From assembly GCA_964463925.1 (NCBI GenBank), contig CAYXDV010000001.1:12276-76275 (forward strand): 64,000 nt of DNA, in the 5' to 3' direction. Source of the DNA: an uncultured Gammaproteobacteria bacterium (lineage in GTDB: Bacteria > Patescibacteriota > Microgenomatia > UBA12405). How positions within the stretch are numbered: position 1 is the first letter of the stretch; each line of letters opens with the position of its first letter. The translations under genes were made by a program, and so were the position numbers. The notes beneath the pieces are model-generated. The model was not told the origin of the DNA, searched no databases, and saw only the letters and a program-made list of their open reading frames with translations. Positions 8,727-18,433 of the stretch are shown here, piece after piece.

Positions 8727-9247
8727 TTTAAGTCTCGATAAACATCTTTTCGATACTGAATGCTAAAGATTAAGATGGAACTTTGGTAGGTGATATAAAC
8801 AATTCGATATGGCCAAGCACGCAAGGAAAATTTTCCTTGATGGATTCTTAAAAGCATCTTGCCAAGATAAGGGTTTTTATTTAGTTGCTCTAGTTTTTTA
8901 GGACTTTTTTGGATTCTGCTTTTGGAAGAGATTGAAACTGTTTTTTGCTTTCCTGGGTGAAGTACATCTTCCAAAGTATATAACTTTCCTAGTTTGATTT
9001 CTTGCTCACTCTTGGCAATAGATTGCATTAATTTCTTGTCAGAGACAATTTCTAAAGTTTCAACCAAAGATTCGTACTGTTCGTAGGAAAGTAAGACCGC
9101 CTGGGGCCTGCCGGAAACGTTGATGGTAATAGTATTGCCCAAAGAGTTGACCTGATTAACTAGATTAGGCAGTTGAGAACGGATAGTACTAATGGGCATA
9201 ATTTGATTCATAATCTGTTGTACAAAATTTTGTACACTTTTGCCCAA
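8723..9247 (-). CDS. single ORF encoding a Phd/YefM-type antitoxin domain fused in frame to a RelE/ParE-type toxin domain
   Basis: N-terminal half PISTIRSQLPNLVNQV...ITINVSGRPQAVLLSYEQYESLVETLEI is Phd/YefM-like. C-terminal half ...LGKMLLRIHQGKFSLRAWPYRIVYITYQSSILIFSIQYRKDVYRDL is RelE-like. There is no stop or ATG between them, and an A6 run sits at the junction. Confidence 0.6.
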   Translation of the reverse strand: MGKSVQNFVQQIMNQIMPISTIRSQLPNLVNQVNSLGNTITINVSGRPQAVLLSYEQYESLVETLEIVSDKKLMQSIAKSEQEIKLGKLYTLEDVLHPGKQKTVSISSKSRIQKSPKKLEQLNKNPYLGKMLLRIHQGKFSLRAWPYRIVYITYQSSILIFSIQYRKDVYRDLN

Positions 9248-9248
9248 G

Positions 9249-10001
9249 TTATTTGACTAGTAGTTTTTTGACGGAATCGAGGACATCTGCAGGAAAGAAA
9301 ACGACAGTATTGCTTTGGTTGCCAAGGTTAGATTCAATAGTTTGTAGAGTACGAAGTGGTAGGGCACCAGATTTGGATAAAATAGTGGCGGCTTCTTGTA
9401 GGTTTTTACTGGCAGTAAGTTCACCTTCGGCGCGAATAATTACCGCTCGGCGGTCGCGTTCAGCTTCGGCTTGTTTGGCCATGACACGTTTGATATCAGC
9501 TGGCAGCTCGATATCTTGCATTTTGATGGCAGTAACATCTACACCCCAAGCGGCAGTTTCGTCATCAACTATAGCTTTGATTTCATCACTGATTTTTTGA
9601 CGCTCAGATAGTAGCTCGTCAAGAGTAACTGAGCCAATAATGTCGCGAAGAGCAGTTTGGGCGTATTGAGTGATGGCGTAATCGTAATCTTGAACTTTTA
9701 GAACAGCATCTTCGGGTTTGATTACCTGATAGTAAACAACAGCGTTAATATTGGCAGGAACATTGTCCTTAGTAATTACTTCCTGTTTGGGAATATCAGA
9801 AGTTGTAATACGAACATCAACTTTGATTACATTTTGGACAATGGGAATTACCAGTTTTAGACCAGGGTTTAAAGTGTAGCTATAAGTGCCCAAAGTGAGG
9901 ACGATTCCACGTTCATATTGATTGACGATGACGATAGATTTGAAGATTAGAAAGAGGCCAAATAAAAAGAAAAGGATGGGGAAAGTAAGTAGAAATTCCA
10001 T
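9249..10001 (-). CDS. SPFH/band-7 family protein (HflK/C-stomatin-like)
   Basis: N-terminal TM plus an SPFH domain (IVNQYERGIVLTLGTYSYTLNPGLKLVIPIVQNVIKVDVRITTSDIPKQEVITKDNV...). The start is placed at the internal Met; the longer ORF-track start would overlap the divergent gene. Confidence 0.8.
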   Translation of the reverse strand: MEFLLTFPILFFLFGLFLIFKSIVIVNQYERGIVLTLGTYSYTLNPGLKLVIPIVQNVIKVDVRITTSDIPKQEVITKDNVPANINAVVYYQVIKPEDAVLKVQDYDYAITQYAQTALRDIIGSVTLDELLSERQKISDEIKAIVDDETAAWGVDVTAIKMQDIELPADIKRVMAKQAEAERDRRAVIIRAEGELTASKNLQEAATILSKSGALPLRTLQTIESNLGNQSNTVVFFPADVLDSVKKLLVK

Positions 10002-10056
10002 ATAGACAAAGTATAGTACTATGCCAGCAATTGTGCAAACAGGTGTAGAATGAAGT

Positions 10057-10776
10057 ATGAAAAAAATAATAGTTTTATTGCTAGTTTTAGGGTTATTGGG
10101 TGGGCTGTGGTATCGAGGAGGCGGTAGTTGGGGGAGCATGACCTGGCTTCCTGCCAAAACAGTGACTGTAATGGGTGAAGCAAAAGGACAAACACAAAAC
10201 CAAATAGCCACCTTTTCAGCTGGGGTAAATGTAATAAAAGAAAATAAAGATGAAGCTACTAAAGAACTAAACCAAAGAATGGATCAGTTGGTTGAAATTG
10301 TTAAAAAATTTGGAATAAAAAGTGAGGATATCAAAACTACCAGTATGAGCTTGTATCAAAATCAAGATCCTTACTGGGACAATGGAATTCAAAAATATAG
10401 ACCAGGAAATTGGAATGCTAGTTCAAATATTGAAATAACTTTAAGAGAAATTAATAGAGCAACTGAGCTGATGAGTCAACTTACCAGTACTGGAGCAAAC
10501 AATGTTTATGGTCCTAACTTTCAAGCTGATAACACTTTGGAATTTGAAAAAGGGCTAATGGAAGAAGCGGTGAAGAATGCAACTGATAAGGCAACTAATT
10601 TAGCAAGGGTTAGTGGGCGACAGCTTGGAAAAATTGTGTCTATTAATGAACTTGGTGCTAACAATAGTGGGGTAATGTATGCAGCTGATATGGGTGGAAG
10701 GGGAGGAGGAGGACCAATGGAACCCGGAAGCCAAACTGTTTCCAAATCGCTTACTGTGGTGTTTGAGTTGAAATAA
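10057..10776 (+). CDS. SIMPL-domain (DUF541) periplasmic/immunogenic-protein family
   Basis: Signal/TM N-terminus; SIMPL-like pattern (ATFSAGVNVIKENKDEATKELNQRMDQLVEIVKKFGIK...DIKTTSMSL); Gly-rich tail. Confidence 0.7.
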   Translation: MKKIIVLLLVLGLLGGLWYRGGGSWGSMTWLPAKTVTVMGEAKGQTQNQIATFSAGVNVIKENKDEATKELNQRMDQLVEIVKKFGIKSEDIKTTSMSLYQNQDPYWDNGIQKYRPGNWNASSNIEITLREINRATELMSQLTSTGANNVYGPNFQADNTLEFEKGLMEEAVKNATDKATNLARVSGRQLGKIVSINELGANNSGVMYAADMGGRGGGGPMEPGSQTVSKSLTVVFELK

Positions 10777-11000
10777 GCCGGATATTTGGTAAAATAAGAA
10801 ATGATAAGAGATGCTGGGGGAAACGTGATTTTGCCACCCGATGCAGTAGTAATTTATGAGCAAAACAGAGCTAATTCTGTAATTGAAAAAAAATTGACTG
10901 ATCCGAGCAAAACAGGGAAAGAGCCACATGTTAAACCCGGAGGAGCACAAGAGGCATTAATCAAGACTAGAGCCGCTCTAAAAAGAATTGGAGGTTAGCT

Positions 11001-11330
11001 TTAAATTTTTTGGCGGGGAGTAAATTTAAAAAACGCCTCAAAAGGATCTTCGCTCTGAACCGGTTGATCGTAATAAACTTCCCAGCCTTGTTTCTCGTAG
11101 CTTGGTTCAACATCTAGCCAACTGTTGTCAAAAATTTCGCGTGGTTTAAAGCCTTGGGTTTCTAGAGCTGCAAGGACGTCTTTTTGTAAAACTACTGCTG
11201 AGTGGCCATCAAATCTAGTTTTAATTTGCTGATTGAATACTTCCAATACTGCATTTGGAATCACTTTTTCTACTGCTTTAACTTGGGCAGGGGAAACGGG
11301 CTTAACCTTTCGTTCAACTGTTCTAGTCAT
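11001..11330 (-). CDS. hypothetical protein, divergent from the NrtR-like regulator
   Basis: 109-aa ORF with no recognised motif. It shares an inverted-repeat-bearing intergenic region with the Nudix regulator gene. Confidence 0.45.
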   Translation of the reverse strand: MTRTVERKVKPVSPAQVKAVEKVIPNAVLEVFNQQIKTRFDGHSAVVLQKDVLAALETQGFKPREIFDNSWLDVEPSYEKQGWEVYYDQPVQSEDPFEAFFKFTPRQKI

Positions 11331-11344
11331 AGGCCTCCTTTGTT

Positions 11345-11428
11345 AACGTATAAATAACGTAAACCATATGTATGATACAACTGAGGTATATTTTGTCAAT
11401 AGCGTAGTTTGTACGTTATTAAATTTGA
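11345..11428. promoter_or_regulatory. putative operator: imperfect inverted repeat with ACGTTATT half-sites
   Basis: AACGTATAAATAACGTAAAC ... GTTTGTACGTTATTAAATTTGATATAC lies between the divergent genes. It is a candidate binding site for the adjacent NrtR-like protein. Confidence 0.4.
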
Positions 11429-11440
11429 TATACTGAGAAG

Positions 11441-12064
11441 ATGATAGACAAGAGGAGTAATTATGCAGTAGCTAGGGTGGCAGTAAATGTTGTGATTTTG
11501 ACTTTTTGGCAGAAAAAGCTGTGGGTGTATGTGACCAATCGCGAAAAGAAGCCATATTCGGGCCTTTTGGAATTGCCAGGTGGACTATTGCAAAATAGAG
11601 AAACTGCCGAAGAAACTTTGAAGCGCAAAATGGATAGTTGGCTTAAAGTTAAAAATGTTTTTTGTGAACAGTTTTATACTTTTACAGAACCACGGCGTGA
11701 TCCTAGAACTAGAACCATATCGGTGGCTTTTGTAGCTATGTTGGACGCTGGCAAAATAGATAACTGGGCCGATTTTTACCAAATAGATAAAATAAAAAAA
11801 TTAGCTTTTGATCATAAAAAAATTGTAGATAAGGCACTGGGTTCAATAAAATCTAATTTAGATGGATGGAGCATACAACACTTTTTTCCCAAAGATTTTC
11901 CAATAAACGATTTGCAAGTTTTGTACGAGTTAATTTCAGGAAAGAAAGTCGATAATCGCAATTTTAGAAAAAGAATGATTAACCTGGGTTTGCTTGAAAA
12001 AGTAGAAAAAGTACAAAAAGGTGTGGCTCATCGTCCTGCCAAATTGTATAGATTTGTAATCTAG
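11441..12064 (+). CDS. Nudix hydrolase fused to a C-terminal winged-helix domain (NrtR-like regulator)
   Basis: Nudix box around GLLELPGGLLQNRETAEETLKRKMDSWL. C-terminus DNRNFRKRMINLGLLEKVEKVQKGVAHRPAKLYRF resembles the NrtR wHTH. Confidence 0.65.
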   Translation: MIDKRSNYAVARVAVNVVILTFWQKKLWVYVTNREKKPYSGLLELPGGLLQNRETAEETLKRKMDSWLKVKNVFCEQFYTFTEPRRDPRTRTISVAFVAMLDAGKIDNWADFYQIDKIKKLAFDHKKIVDKALGSIKSNLDGWSIQHFFPKDFPINDLQVLYELISGKKVDNRNFRKRMINLGLLEKVEKVQKGVAHRPAKLYRFVI

Positions 12065-12081
12065 ATATAATAAAATAAATT

Positions 12082-12687
12082 ATGAAACAACAAGGCCTTT
12101 TGATAGATATCGAGGGTTTAGACGGTAGCGGATCATCGACTCAGGTTGCCTTATTTTCTGAATACTTAAAAATTAGAGGTAAAAGAGTTTTGCAGACCAA
12201 AGAACCTACTGATAACGTGATTGGTGGACTGATTAGAGGTGTTTTGACTGGTTCTTTACCCAAAATCCCATCAGATTGTTTACAGTTTTTGTTTGCCGCT
12301 GATCGATCTCATCACATAGACCGTTTGATTGTACCTGCATTACAACAAAACAGAATTGTGGTAATAGATAGATATTTATGGAGTACAGTGGCATTTGGAG
12401 GGGTAGATTTAGATAGAGAATGGCTTTTGCAAATGCAGAAAAATTTTTTGAAACCTGATTTTAGTTTTTTTATAAAGCTTGATCCAGAGAGATGTGTTGA
12501 AAGAATTACAGATAGTAGATTTGACATAGAGCTTTTTGAAAAGGTCAATAAACTAAAGACAGTATGGAAGAATTATTTATGGCTGGCAGAAAAGTTTCCT
12601 GAGAAAATAGCCTTAATTGATGGTAACCAATCTAAGGAAAAAGTTCTAGCTTCGATAGTTAAAATTTTTGAGGAGAAATTTGGATAA
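12082..12687 (+). CDS. tmk: thymidylate kinase
   Basis: GLLIDIEGLDGSGSSTQ P-loop plus a ...DRY... LID-like region typical of dTMP kinase. Confidence 0.85.
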   Translation: MKQQGLLIDIEGLDGSGSSTQVALFSEYLKIRGKRVLQTKEPTDNVIGGLIRGVLTGSLPKIPSDCLQFLFAADRSHHIDRLIVPALQQNRIVVIDRYLWSTVAFGGVDLDREWLLQMQKNFLKPDFSFFIKLDPERCVERITDSRFDIELFEKVNKLKTVWKNYLWLAEKFPEKIALIDGNQSKEKVLASIVKIFEEKFG

Positions 12688-13894
12688 GAATCTTTTTTCG
12701 GACTTACTTCTTCAAGAAAAAAACAGGCAGGCTACAACTATTCCTCTAATTGCCAGTGAGAATTTTGCCTATCCCGAGGTACAAAAAATAGTAGGTAGTT
12801 GTTTGATGAACAAGTACGCCGAGGGCTATCCGGGCAAGCGTTATTATCAAGGCAATAAAGTTATTGATCAAATCGAGACCCAAACAGTGCAATTGGCAAA
12901 GGATATTTTTGGTTTTGAAGCAGCAAATGTACAGGCTTATTCCGGTAGTCCAGCCAATAGCGCGGTACTAATGGCCTTGGCCGGAGAAGGAGAAAAAATA
13001 GCTGGACTTAAGTTGTCGGCTGGTGGCCATTTGACTCATGGACATCCGAAGGTAACTTTTTCAGGTTCGTTTTATGATAGTGTGCAAATGGAAGTGGACT
13101 CTTGTGGAAGAATTGATAAGAAATTCGCAGAGGAGCTAATTTTGAGGGAAAAACCAAGGGTAATTTTTTTGGGAACAACTAGTTATCCTTACTTTTTGGA
13201 CTTTGAATGGATGGCTGGACTAGCTGAAAAAGTAGGAGCTTATCTGGTTGCTGATATTGCTCATATTTCAGCATTAGTAATTGCTGGTTTACATCCAAAT
13301 CCTATGGCTTGGGCTGATGTGGTGACCATGACTACCCACAAACAACTACGCGGACCAAGGGGAGCAATTATTGGGGTGAGCAAAAAGGGGTTGGCTAAGG
13401 ACCCAGATTTGGCCAAGAAGATTGATCGGGCGGTTTTCCCTGGGTTGCAAGGTGGACCACATATGGAGACTGTTGCCGGAATTGGAGTTTGTTTGCAAAG
13501 GGCAAAAACAGAGGAGTTTAGAGCCTATGCTCAGCAAATAATTGGAAACGCCAAAGCTTTGGAAACTACCTTGAGAAAAAGTGGTTTAGCTGTATTTGGT
13601 ACAGAAAATCATTTGATGGTAGTTGGGGTAGGTGAAGGTAGAGGCAGAATAGCCGCAGAAAAGTTGGAAGAAGCGGGGCTTGTGGTAAATGCCAATAGTA
13701 TTCCTTGGGATAGAGCCAAGCCATTTTCGCCCAGCGGAATAAGACTAGGTACACCAGCAGTGTCTAGTTTAGGAATGAAAGAGCAAGAAATGGAGCTAGT
13801 TGGCCAGTGGGTAGCCGATTTGATTTTAGAAAAAAGAGAACCAAAAGAGATATTGCCTTTGGTGTTGGAGTTGAGGAAAAAGTTTGAAATATAA
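12668..13894 (+). CDS. glyA: serine hydroxymethyltransferase
   Basis: IPLIASENFAYPEV...YAEGYPGKRYYQGNKVID...SAGGHLTHG... and a PLP-lysine region; 408 aa. Confidence 0.95.
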   Translation: MRRNLDKNLFSDLLLQEKNRQATTIPLIASENFAYPEVQKIVGSCLMNKYAEGYPGKRYYQGNKVIDQIETQTVQLAKDIFGFEAANVQAYSGSPANSAVLMALAGEGEKIAGLKLSAGGHLTHGHPKVTFSGSFYDSVQMEVDSCGRIDKKFAEELILREKPRVIFLGTTSYPYFLDFEWMAGLAEKVGAYLVADIAHISALVIAGLHPNPMAWADVVTMTTHKQLRGPRGAIIGVSKKGLAKDPDLAKKIDRAVFPGLQGGPHMETVAGIGVCLQRAKTEEFRAYAQQIIGNAKALETTLRKSGLAVFGTENHLMVVGVGEGRGRIAAEKLEEAGLVVNANSIPWDRAKPFSPSGIRLGTPAVSSLGMKEQEMELVGQWVADLILEKREPKEILPLVLELRKKFEI

Positions 13895-14208
13895 CTTGGC
13901 ATGCAACTAGTTACGCAGCCATTAGAATTTAAGCAAATGATGGATTTGATGGATAGGTAGACTGGATCCAAAAAACAAACAGCACTATATGTTGGCAAAT
14001 ATTTGGAGGGCGCGAATAATTTTGCCCAGAATAAACTTGTTTTGGGAGAATATTTTTTTGTCTTTGGCTCGTGGTTATTGGGGTGGGGAATTAAAGATTT
14101 TTGAAACAAAAGACTATAAACTGAGGGCAGAGCCTATGTTAGATCAGTATTTCAAGCTTTATCATAAATATATCAATACGTATCTTTAAATAGATCAAAG
14201 TAATTAAT

Positions 14209-15186
14209 TTAGTCGGCCAGGGTGTTTTGGATTAGACGGGAGAGGAGTTCCTCAAATTCTATGCCATAGAGGGCCAGGACATTGCCAATGCTACATTCAC
14301 CCTTGGGTCCAAGGCTAGGATTGCTATTGACGTCGATAACATAATGCCGGTTAGAAGCATCGACCCGTAGGTCAAACTTGCCATAGTCATCTAGTTTGAG
14401 TATTTCAAAGCTTTTTTTTAGTTGACTCTTCACGCTTTCGGGTAGTTCGTATTTGGCATAGGTATAAATATCTTCGGTTCCCCAAACGGCGTCGAAAGTA
14501 GCAATTTTATAAGGGCCAGACAACTGTTCATTAAAGACTTTTTCACCAGCATAAACTTTGGTATTCAAACCCTCAACAACATGAACGGCTACTTCGCGGC
14601 CAACAATAAACTCTTCCACTAAAACTGGCATTTTGTAGGTGGTAATTAGATATTTGAGACGTTTTCTTAAGTCCGCTTCGTTGTGAGCGATAGCAGTATC
14701 ATCCATTTCAATAGAGCCATGAACTTCGTTTAATTTGCTAATTAAAGGATAGTCTAAAACTGGGTCGATTTCTTCAGAGGGTTCGGTGACTAGTTGGTAT
14801 TTGGGGGTAGTGATACCGTATTGCCAAAGTAAATTTTTGGTTAAGAATTTGTTGGTATTTAAGGATAAACCGAGCATGCCGGCACCAGTGTAGGGGATTT
14901 GAAGTAGTTCTAAGGTAGCGGGAATGCTGGCACAGAGGGTTTCCTGGCCGTAAACTGAGTCAACCAAATTCAGGACAAAATCTGGTTTGTATTGGTTTAA
15001 ATTTTCAATAATATGACGGTCGCCGGGAAAACATTGGGTGTGAATGCCCATGTTTTGAAGATAGGTAGCGATTTTGGCGGCTCGATCCTTGACCTCGGCT
15101 TCGGATATGAACAATTGTTCGGTAGCAAAATATTCTCGTTTGGCATCGGAGTAAAGAATGGCGATGCGTTTTGGTAGCGGGTTCAT
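14209..15186 (-). CDS. ddl: ATP-grasp D-alanine--D-alanine ligase family
   Basis: Ddl-like length and motifs (…EEFIVGREVAVHVVEG…, …DLRVDASNRHYVIDVNSNPSLG…). Confidence 0.75.
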   Translation of the reverse strand: MNPLPKRIAILYSDAKREYFATEQLFISEAEVKDRAAKIATYLQNMGIHTQCFPGDRHIIENLNQYKPDFVLNLVDSVYGQETLCASIPATLELLQIPYTGAGMLGLSLNTNKFLTKNLLWQYGITTPKYQLVTEPSEEIDPVLDYPLISKLNEVHGSIEMDDTAIAHNEADLRKRLKYLITTYKMPVLVEEFIVGREVAVHVVEGLNTKVYAGEKVFNEQLSGPYKIATFDAVWGTEDIYTYAKYELPESVKSQLKKSFEILKLDDYGKFDLRVDASNRHYVIDVNSNPSLGPKGECSIGNVLALYGIEFEELLSRLIQNTLAD

Positions 15187-15272
15187 GCTAGATTAAGTTT
15201 AAGAAGTAGGGGAGAAAAAGCAAGAGGCAAGACTGACTTGAAAAGTCCCTATTTTGGTACTATCATTTACAC

Positions 15273-15533
15273 ATGCTAAGAAAACAAGTACAGATAAAGA
15301 TTAACATGCCCTTAAAACTCAAAAAGGCAATTGAAAAAAGGGCAAGCAAATATGATTTGACTTTGGCGGCATATGTTAAGTATGCATTAGTTGGTCGTTT
15401 GGAAGAAGAGCTGTCCTTCAAAGCTTCTAAGGCAGTAGAAAAAGCCTATAAAAATATGCTCAACGGTAAGGCTGATACTGTGTCTCTTGACTCTTTAGAA
15501 AAAATGCGGGCATATGTTGATAAAATGAAGTAA
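15273..15533 (+). CDS. ribbon-helix-helix (CopG-like) antitoxin
   Basis: MPLKLKKAIEKRASKYDLTLAAYVKYALVGRLEEEL is an RHH pattern. Its stop overlaps the ATG of a downstream RelE-like reading frame (TAATG). Confidence 0.6.
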   Translation: MLRKQVQIKINMPLKLKKAIEKRASKYDLTLAAYVKYALVGRLEEELSFKASKAVEKAYKNMLNGKADTVSLDSLEKMRAYVDKMK

Positions 15534-15804
15534 TGGAGTTAGTTTTTGACAAAAAGGTTTTGTCGAAGTTGAAGAAGATACAAAGAAAAGACAGAGCACT
15601 ATATGATTAGTAAACAAGCACCTAGAATTATTCTTGATTGACGAGAATCATCCATCATTAAGAAAACATAAATTAAGAGGTGATTTACAAGACTGCTGGA
15701 GTATTTCTGTGAATATGGGAATTAGAATGGTTTATTACAAATTTGACAATAAAGTTTTCTTTATAAAAATTGGTACACACGATAAAGTTTATGAAGCGAA
15801 TTAA
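15533..15804 (+). pseudogene. RelE/ParE-family toxin gene disrupted by a frameshift
   Basis: Frame 2 from 15533 gives MELVFDKKVLSKLKKIQRKDRALYD, then a stop at 15608. Frame 1 from about 15607 gives LVNKHLELFLIDENHPSLRKHKLRGDLQDCWSISVNMGIRMVYYKFDNKVFFIKIGTHDKVYEAN*. Together they reconstruct a RelE-like toxin with one indel near 15605-15610. Confidence 0.6.
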
Positions 15805-15814
15805 AAGTGGGTCT

Positions 15815-18433
15815 CTAAGATTTTTGACGAAGAAAAATGGGGATACTAATAAAAGTTAATGGAATGAAGGCAAGACCAATAAATTCCAGAATTTGTGGCC
15901 AGAAGAAGAAATAAATGGTTGGGCAATTCTGTTGACAATTTTGTAATTCTGAAGGCAACAGCCAGCCATTGGCCCAGTTGTTCACCAATAGGTGATTAGA
16001 TAAGAAAATGGGTTTTTTACCATCAAAATAAAAAGCTAGCCAGGAGGGGGAAAAGGACTGAGGAAGGACTAAAGTATTGTTGCTAGCTGAGTTTTTACTA
16101 AATTTGTAAAAGAAAGTACCTAACTTGTTTGAAGCGTAGTAGGTTCGTTGGGTCTTGGCTAAATTTGGTGGAATGTAAGTTTGGTTGGGGTTTGTGAAAA
16201 GTTTTATATTTTTGATTTGATTGGTGGTAGTTTTGCCATCGAAACTGGGACTATTAAAAAGAATAGTAAGTCCTGTATAGAAATCTTCGCTTTCTATAGC
16301 TGGAATATTTATTGAATATGGTGTCCATTGTTTTAGATTTGGTAGCTTTATATTGAAGAATTTGTACTTTTTATTATTATCAAAGGCTGAGATGGTCAGA
16401 GGGTGTCCTGATAAGTTAGACGCATAAAAATTTAGAGTTAGTTCTTGGGTAAAGTTAGCAGAAGGGTAGTAGAAGCCTTTTAGATTGTTAGTGGCAATTG
16501 ATTTTAGTTCAAAAAAATCAGGTTTTTCTGTTGGGAACAATTCTTCTAGCTGATAATTGGGGGATTGTATAAAAGCTTCCCTATCAGAAAATTGATTAAT
16601 ATTTGGAGAATTTGTATTTGGATAAACCGAGTAATCACCCGAATTTTCAAAGGTAAAATCCCTGTTATTAAATAATTGCTGGGCGGATATTTGGGTATTG
16701 GTAGAAAAAATCTGGTTGTTGCTATTTGTTTTGTACAAGAAAATTTGGTTATTGAAGTTTTTTTCTAGAGTCAGAAAAGGGCTGTTTTCTAGTAATTGGT
16801 TAATGTAATATTTTTGTTTACTATAGATTGGCTCATCTGGATAAAAAACATTTTTATCATATAGAATATAGTCTATGTTATATTTTTGGACTATGTTTTG
16901 TAGCAAAACTGGACTATTTGTCTCAATGGCATATTTTAATTGCCAATAGTATGATTCGTTGTAAAGATTCCAAACGTCGAAAGCTCTATCTAAAATAGAT
17001 TGGCTCAGCCCGTACCAAAGGAAACCAGAGCCGCGCATTCCAAAGTCATATCTTGTCCAGCCGTAAAAAGATCCCTGTGGAAGGTTGGCTATTCTCAGAT
17101 CTGGTTTTTGGTTAAGATAGGTAATAACTTTGAAGTAGGTGTCGGGGATTTTTATTTTTAGATTGGGATAAAAAAAATTTCCTTTAAAAATTGGCTGGTT
17201 TAATAAAAGATTAAGTGTTAAAAAAAGAAAAGAAATAGTAGCAAGAACGGAGCCTGAAATTTTTTTCCAGTTGTAGAAACTTAACAAGAAATGTCCAATT
17301 AAGAGGGAGTAGATTAGGCTAAGCAAGGGGGCAAATTTGGTGAAAGGCGAACGAAAGACCTGATCAATTAGGCCTGATTGCCTCAGAAATTGGTTTATTT
17401 GAGAGAAAACTGGTATTTGGCTGCCGAGGGCTATGCAAAGTAAAAGGCTAGATAAAATTGTGAAAGTTTGTAAACTATTTTTAATTTTAGGCAGTGTCAC
17501 TAAGACTAGGCCCAAGAATGCACAGAAACTAAAAAAATATTGCAGGAGATTCATGCTGGGTGAGTTCAGAAAAGAGATCCAAGGTGACATAATGTTTCCT
17601 TCTACGTCCGTCAAATTAAAGTAATATCCCTTAAGCGACAATAAATCCCAAAAATGCCCAAAATAGTCATTACGCATGGCGGTTTCTTGATTAGCCATAA
17701 GATTGCCCATAGCAAACCTGGGGTTGTAAGATTGGGTCGAAAAGAAATATAAAAAAGGTAATAACCAAAATAGATTAAGAAAGAGAATTATCCCTAATTG
17801 TTTAAGGGTAGTTGAGGCTTTTTTATAAGTTGACAAAATAAGGCAACCCAAAATAGATAAATAAACCAGGAAAACTGTGGGGACATAGAAGCTAGGAATG
17901 GCCAAAAGATTGACAATAGTTAGTTTAAAAAAGTTTTTAAGAGTAGGCTGATTAGCGCTTTGAAGGAAGTATAGTACCAACCACGGCAGAGTGCCCCAAA
18001 AAATTGAAAAAGGTTCAAAAGGGGCCCAAAAATTTTGGACGGTGGCAAAATTTAGGAGATAAAAGCTGGCAACTAAGACTGATGGTAGATTTTTGTGCGA
18101 ATACTGTTTGAATAAAAAATATATACCATAGGTTCCTAGAAAAAGACTAAAAAAATGCCAAAAATAACGTATCTGGTTAGCGGGCAATATTAGATTTAAC
18201 AGTAAAGTTAAGAGCTGTCTTATCAGATCAGTTGCATGACCCATCCCGCCGACTAATCCTAGTCCTTGGTATTCCTGCCACACAGCCGAAAGACTCCTGG
18301 CTAAATTTAATTTTAGGTTTAGTTCTGGCATTAAATTGTCCCAGCCAGATAGCCAAGTTCCGTTTGTAAAATTAGCCAAAAATACTGCCAATAATAATAG
18401 AAACAGAAAGATAGGTGCAAACCATTTAGACAT
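15815..18433 (-). CDS. large polytopic membrane protein, possible GT-C-type (YfhO/ArnT-like) glycosyltransferase
   Basis: 872 aa with about 15 predicted TM helices in the N-terminal two thirds and a C-terminal extracytoplasmic domain. It overlaps the upstream GT2 gene by 8 nt, which suggests an operon. Confidence 0.45.
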   Translation of the reverse strand: MSKWFAPIFLFLLLLAVFLANFTNGTWLSGWDNLMPELNLKLNLARSLSAVWQEYQGLGLVGGMGHATDLIRQLLTLLLNLILPANQIRYFWHFFSLFLGTYGIYFLFKQYSHKNLPSVLVASFYLLNFATVQNFWAPFEPFSIFWGTLPWLVLYFLQSANQPTLKNFFKLTIVNLLAIPSFYVPTVFLVYLSILGCLILSTYKKASTTLKQLGIILFLNLFWLLPFLYFFSTQSYNPRFAMGNLMANQETAMRNDYFGHFWDLLSLKGYYFNLTDVEGNIMSPWISFLNSPSMNLLQYFFSFCAFLGLVLVTLPKIKNSLQTFTILSSLLLCIALGSQIPVFSQINQFLRQSGLIDQVFRSPFTKFAPLLSLIYSLLIGHFLLSFYNWKKISGSVLATISFLFLTLNLLLNQPIFKGNFFYPNLKIKIPDTYFKVITYLNQKPDLRIANLPQGSFYGWTRYDFGMRGSGFLWYGLSQSILDRAFDVWNLYNESYYWQLKYAIETNSPVLLQNIVQKYNIDYILYDKNVFYPDEPIYSKQKYYINQLLENSPFLTLEKNFNNQIFLYKTNSNNQIFSTNTQISAQQLFNNRDFTFENSGDYSVYPNTNSPNINQFSDREAFIQSPNYQLEELFPTEKPDFFELKSIATNNLKGFYYPSANFTQELTLNFYASNLSGHPLTISAFDNNKKYKFFNIKLPNLKQWTPYSINIPAIESEDFYTGLTILFNSPSFDGKTTTNQIKNIKLFTNPNQTYIPPNLAKTQRTYYASNKLGTFFYKFSKNSASNNTLVLPQSFSPSWLAFYFDGKKPIFLSNHLLVNNWANGWLLPSELQNCQQNCPTIYFFFWPQILEFIGLAFIPLTFISIPIFLRQKS

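Noticed and set aside
9253-9600. Plus-strand 115-aa ORF
   Set aside because: Antisense of the SPFH gene; Ser/Ala/Arg-rich low complexity.
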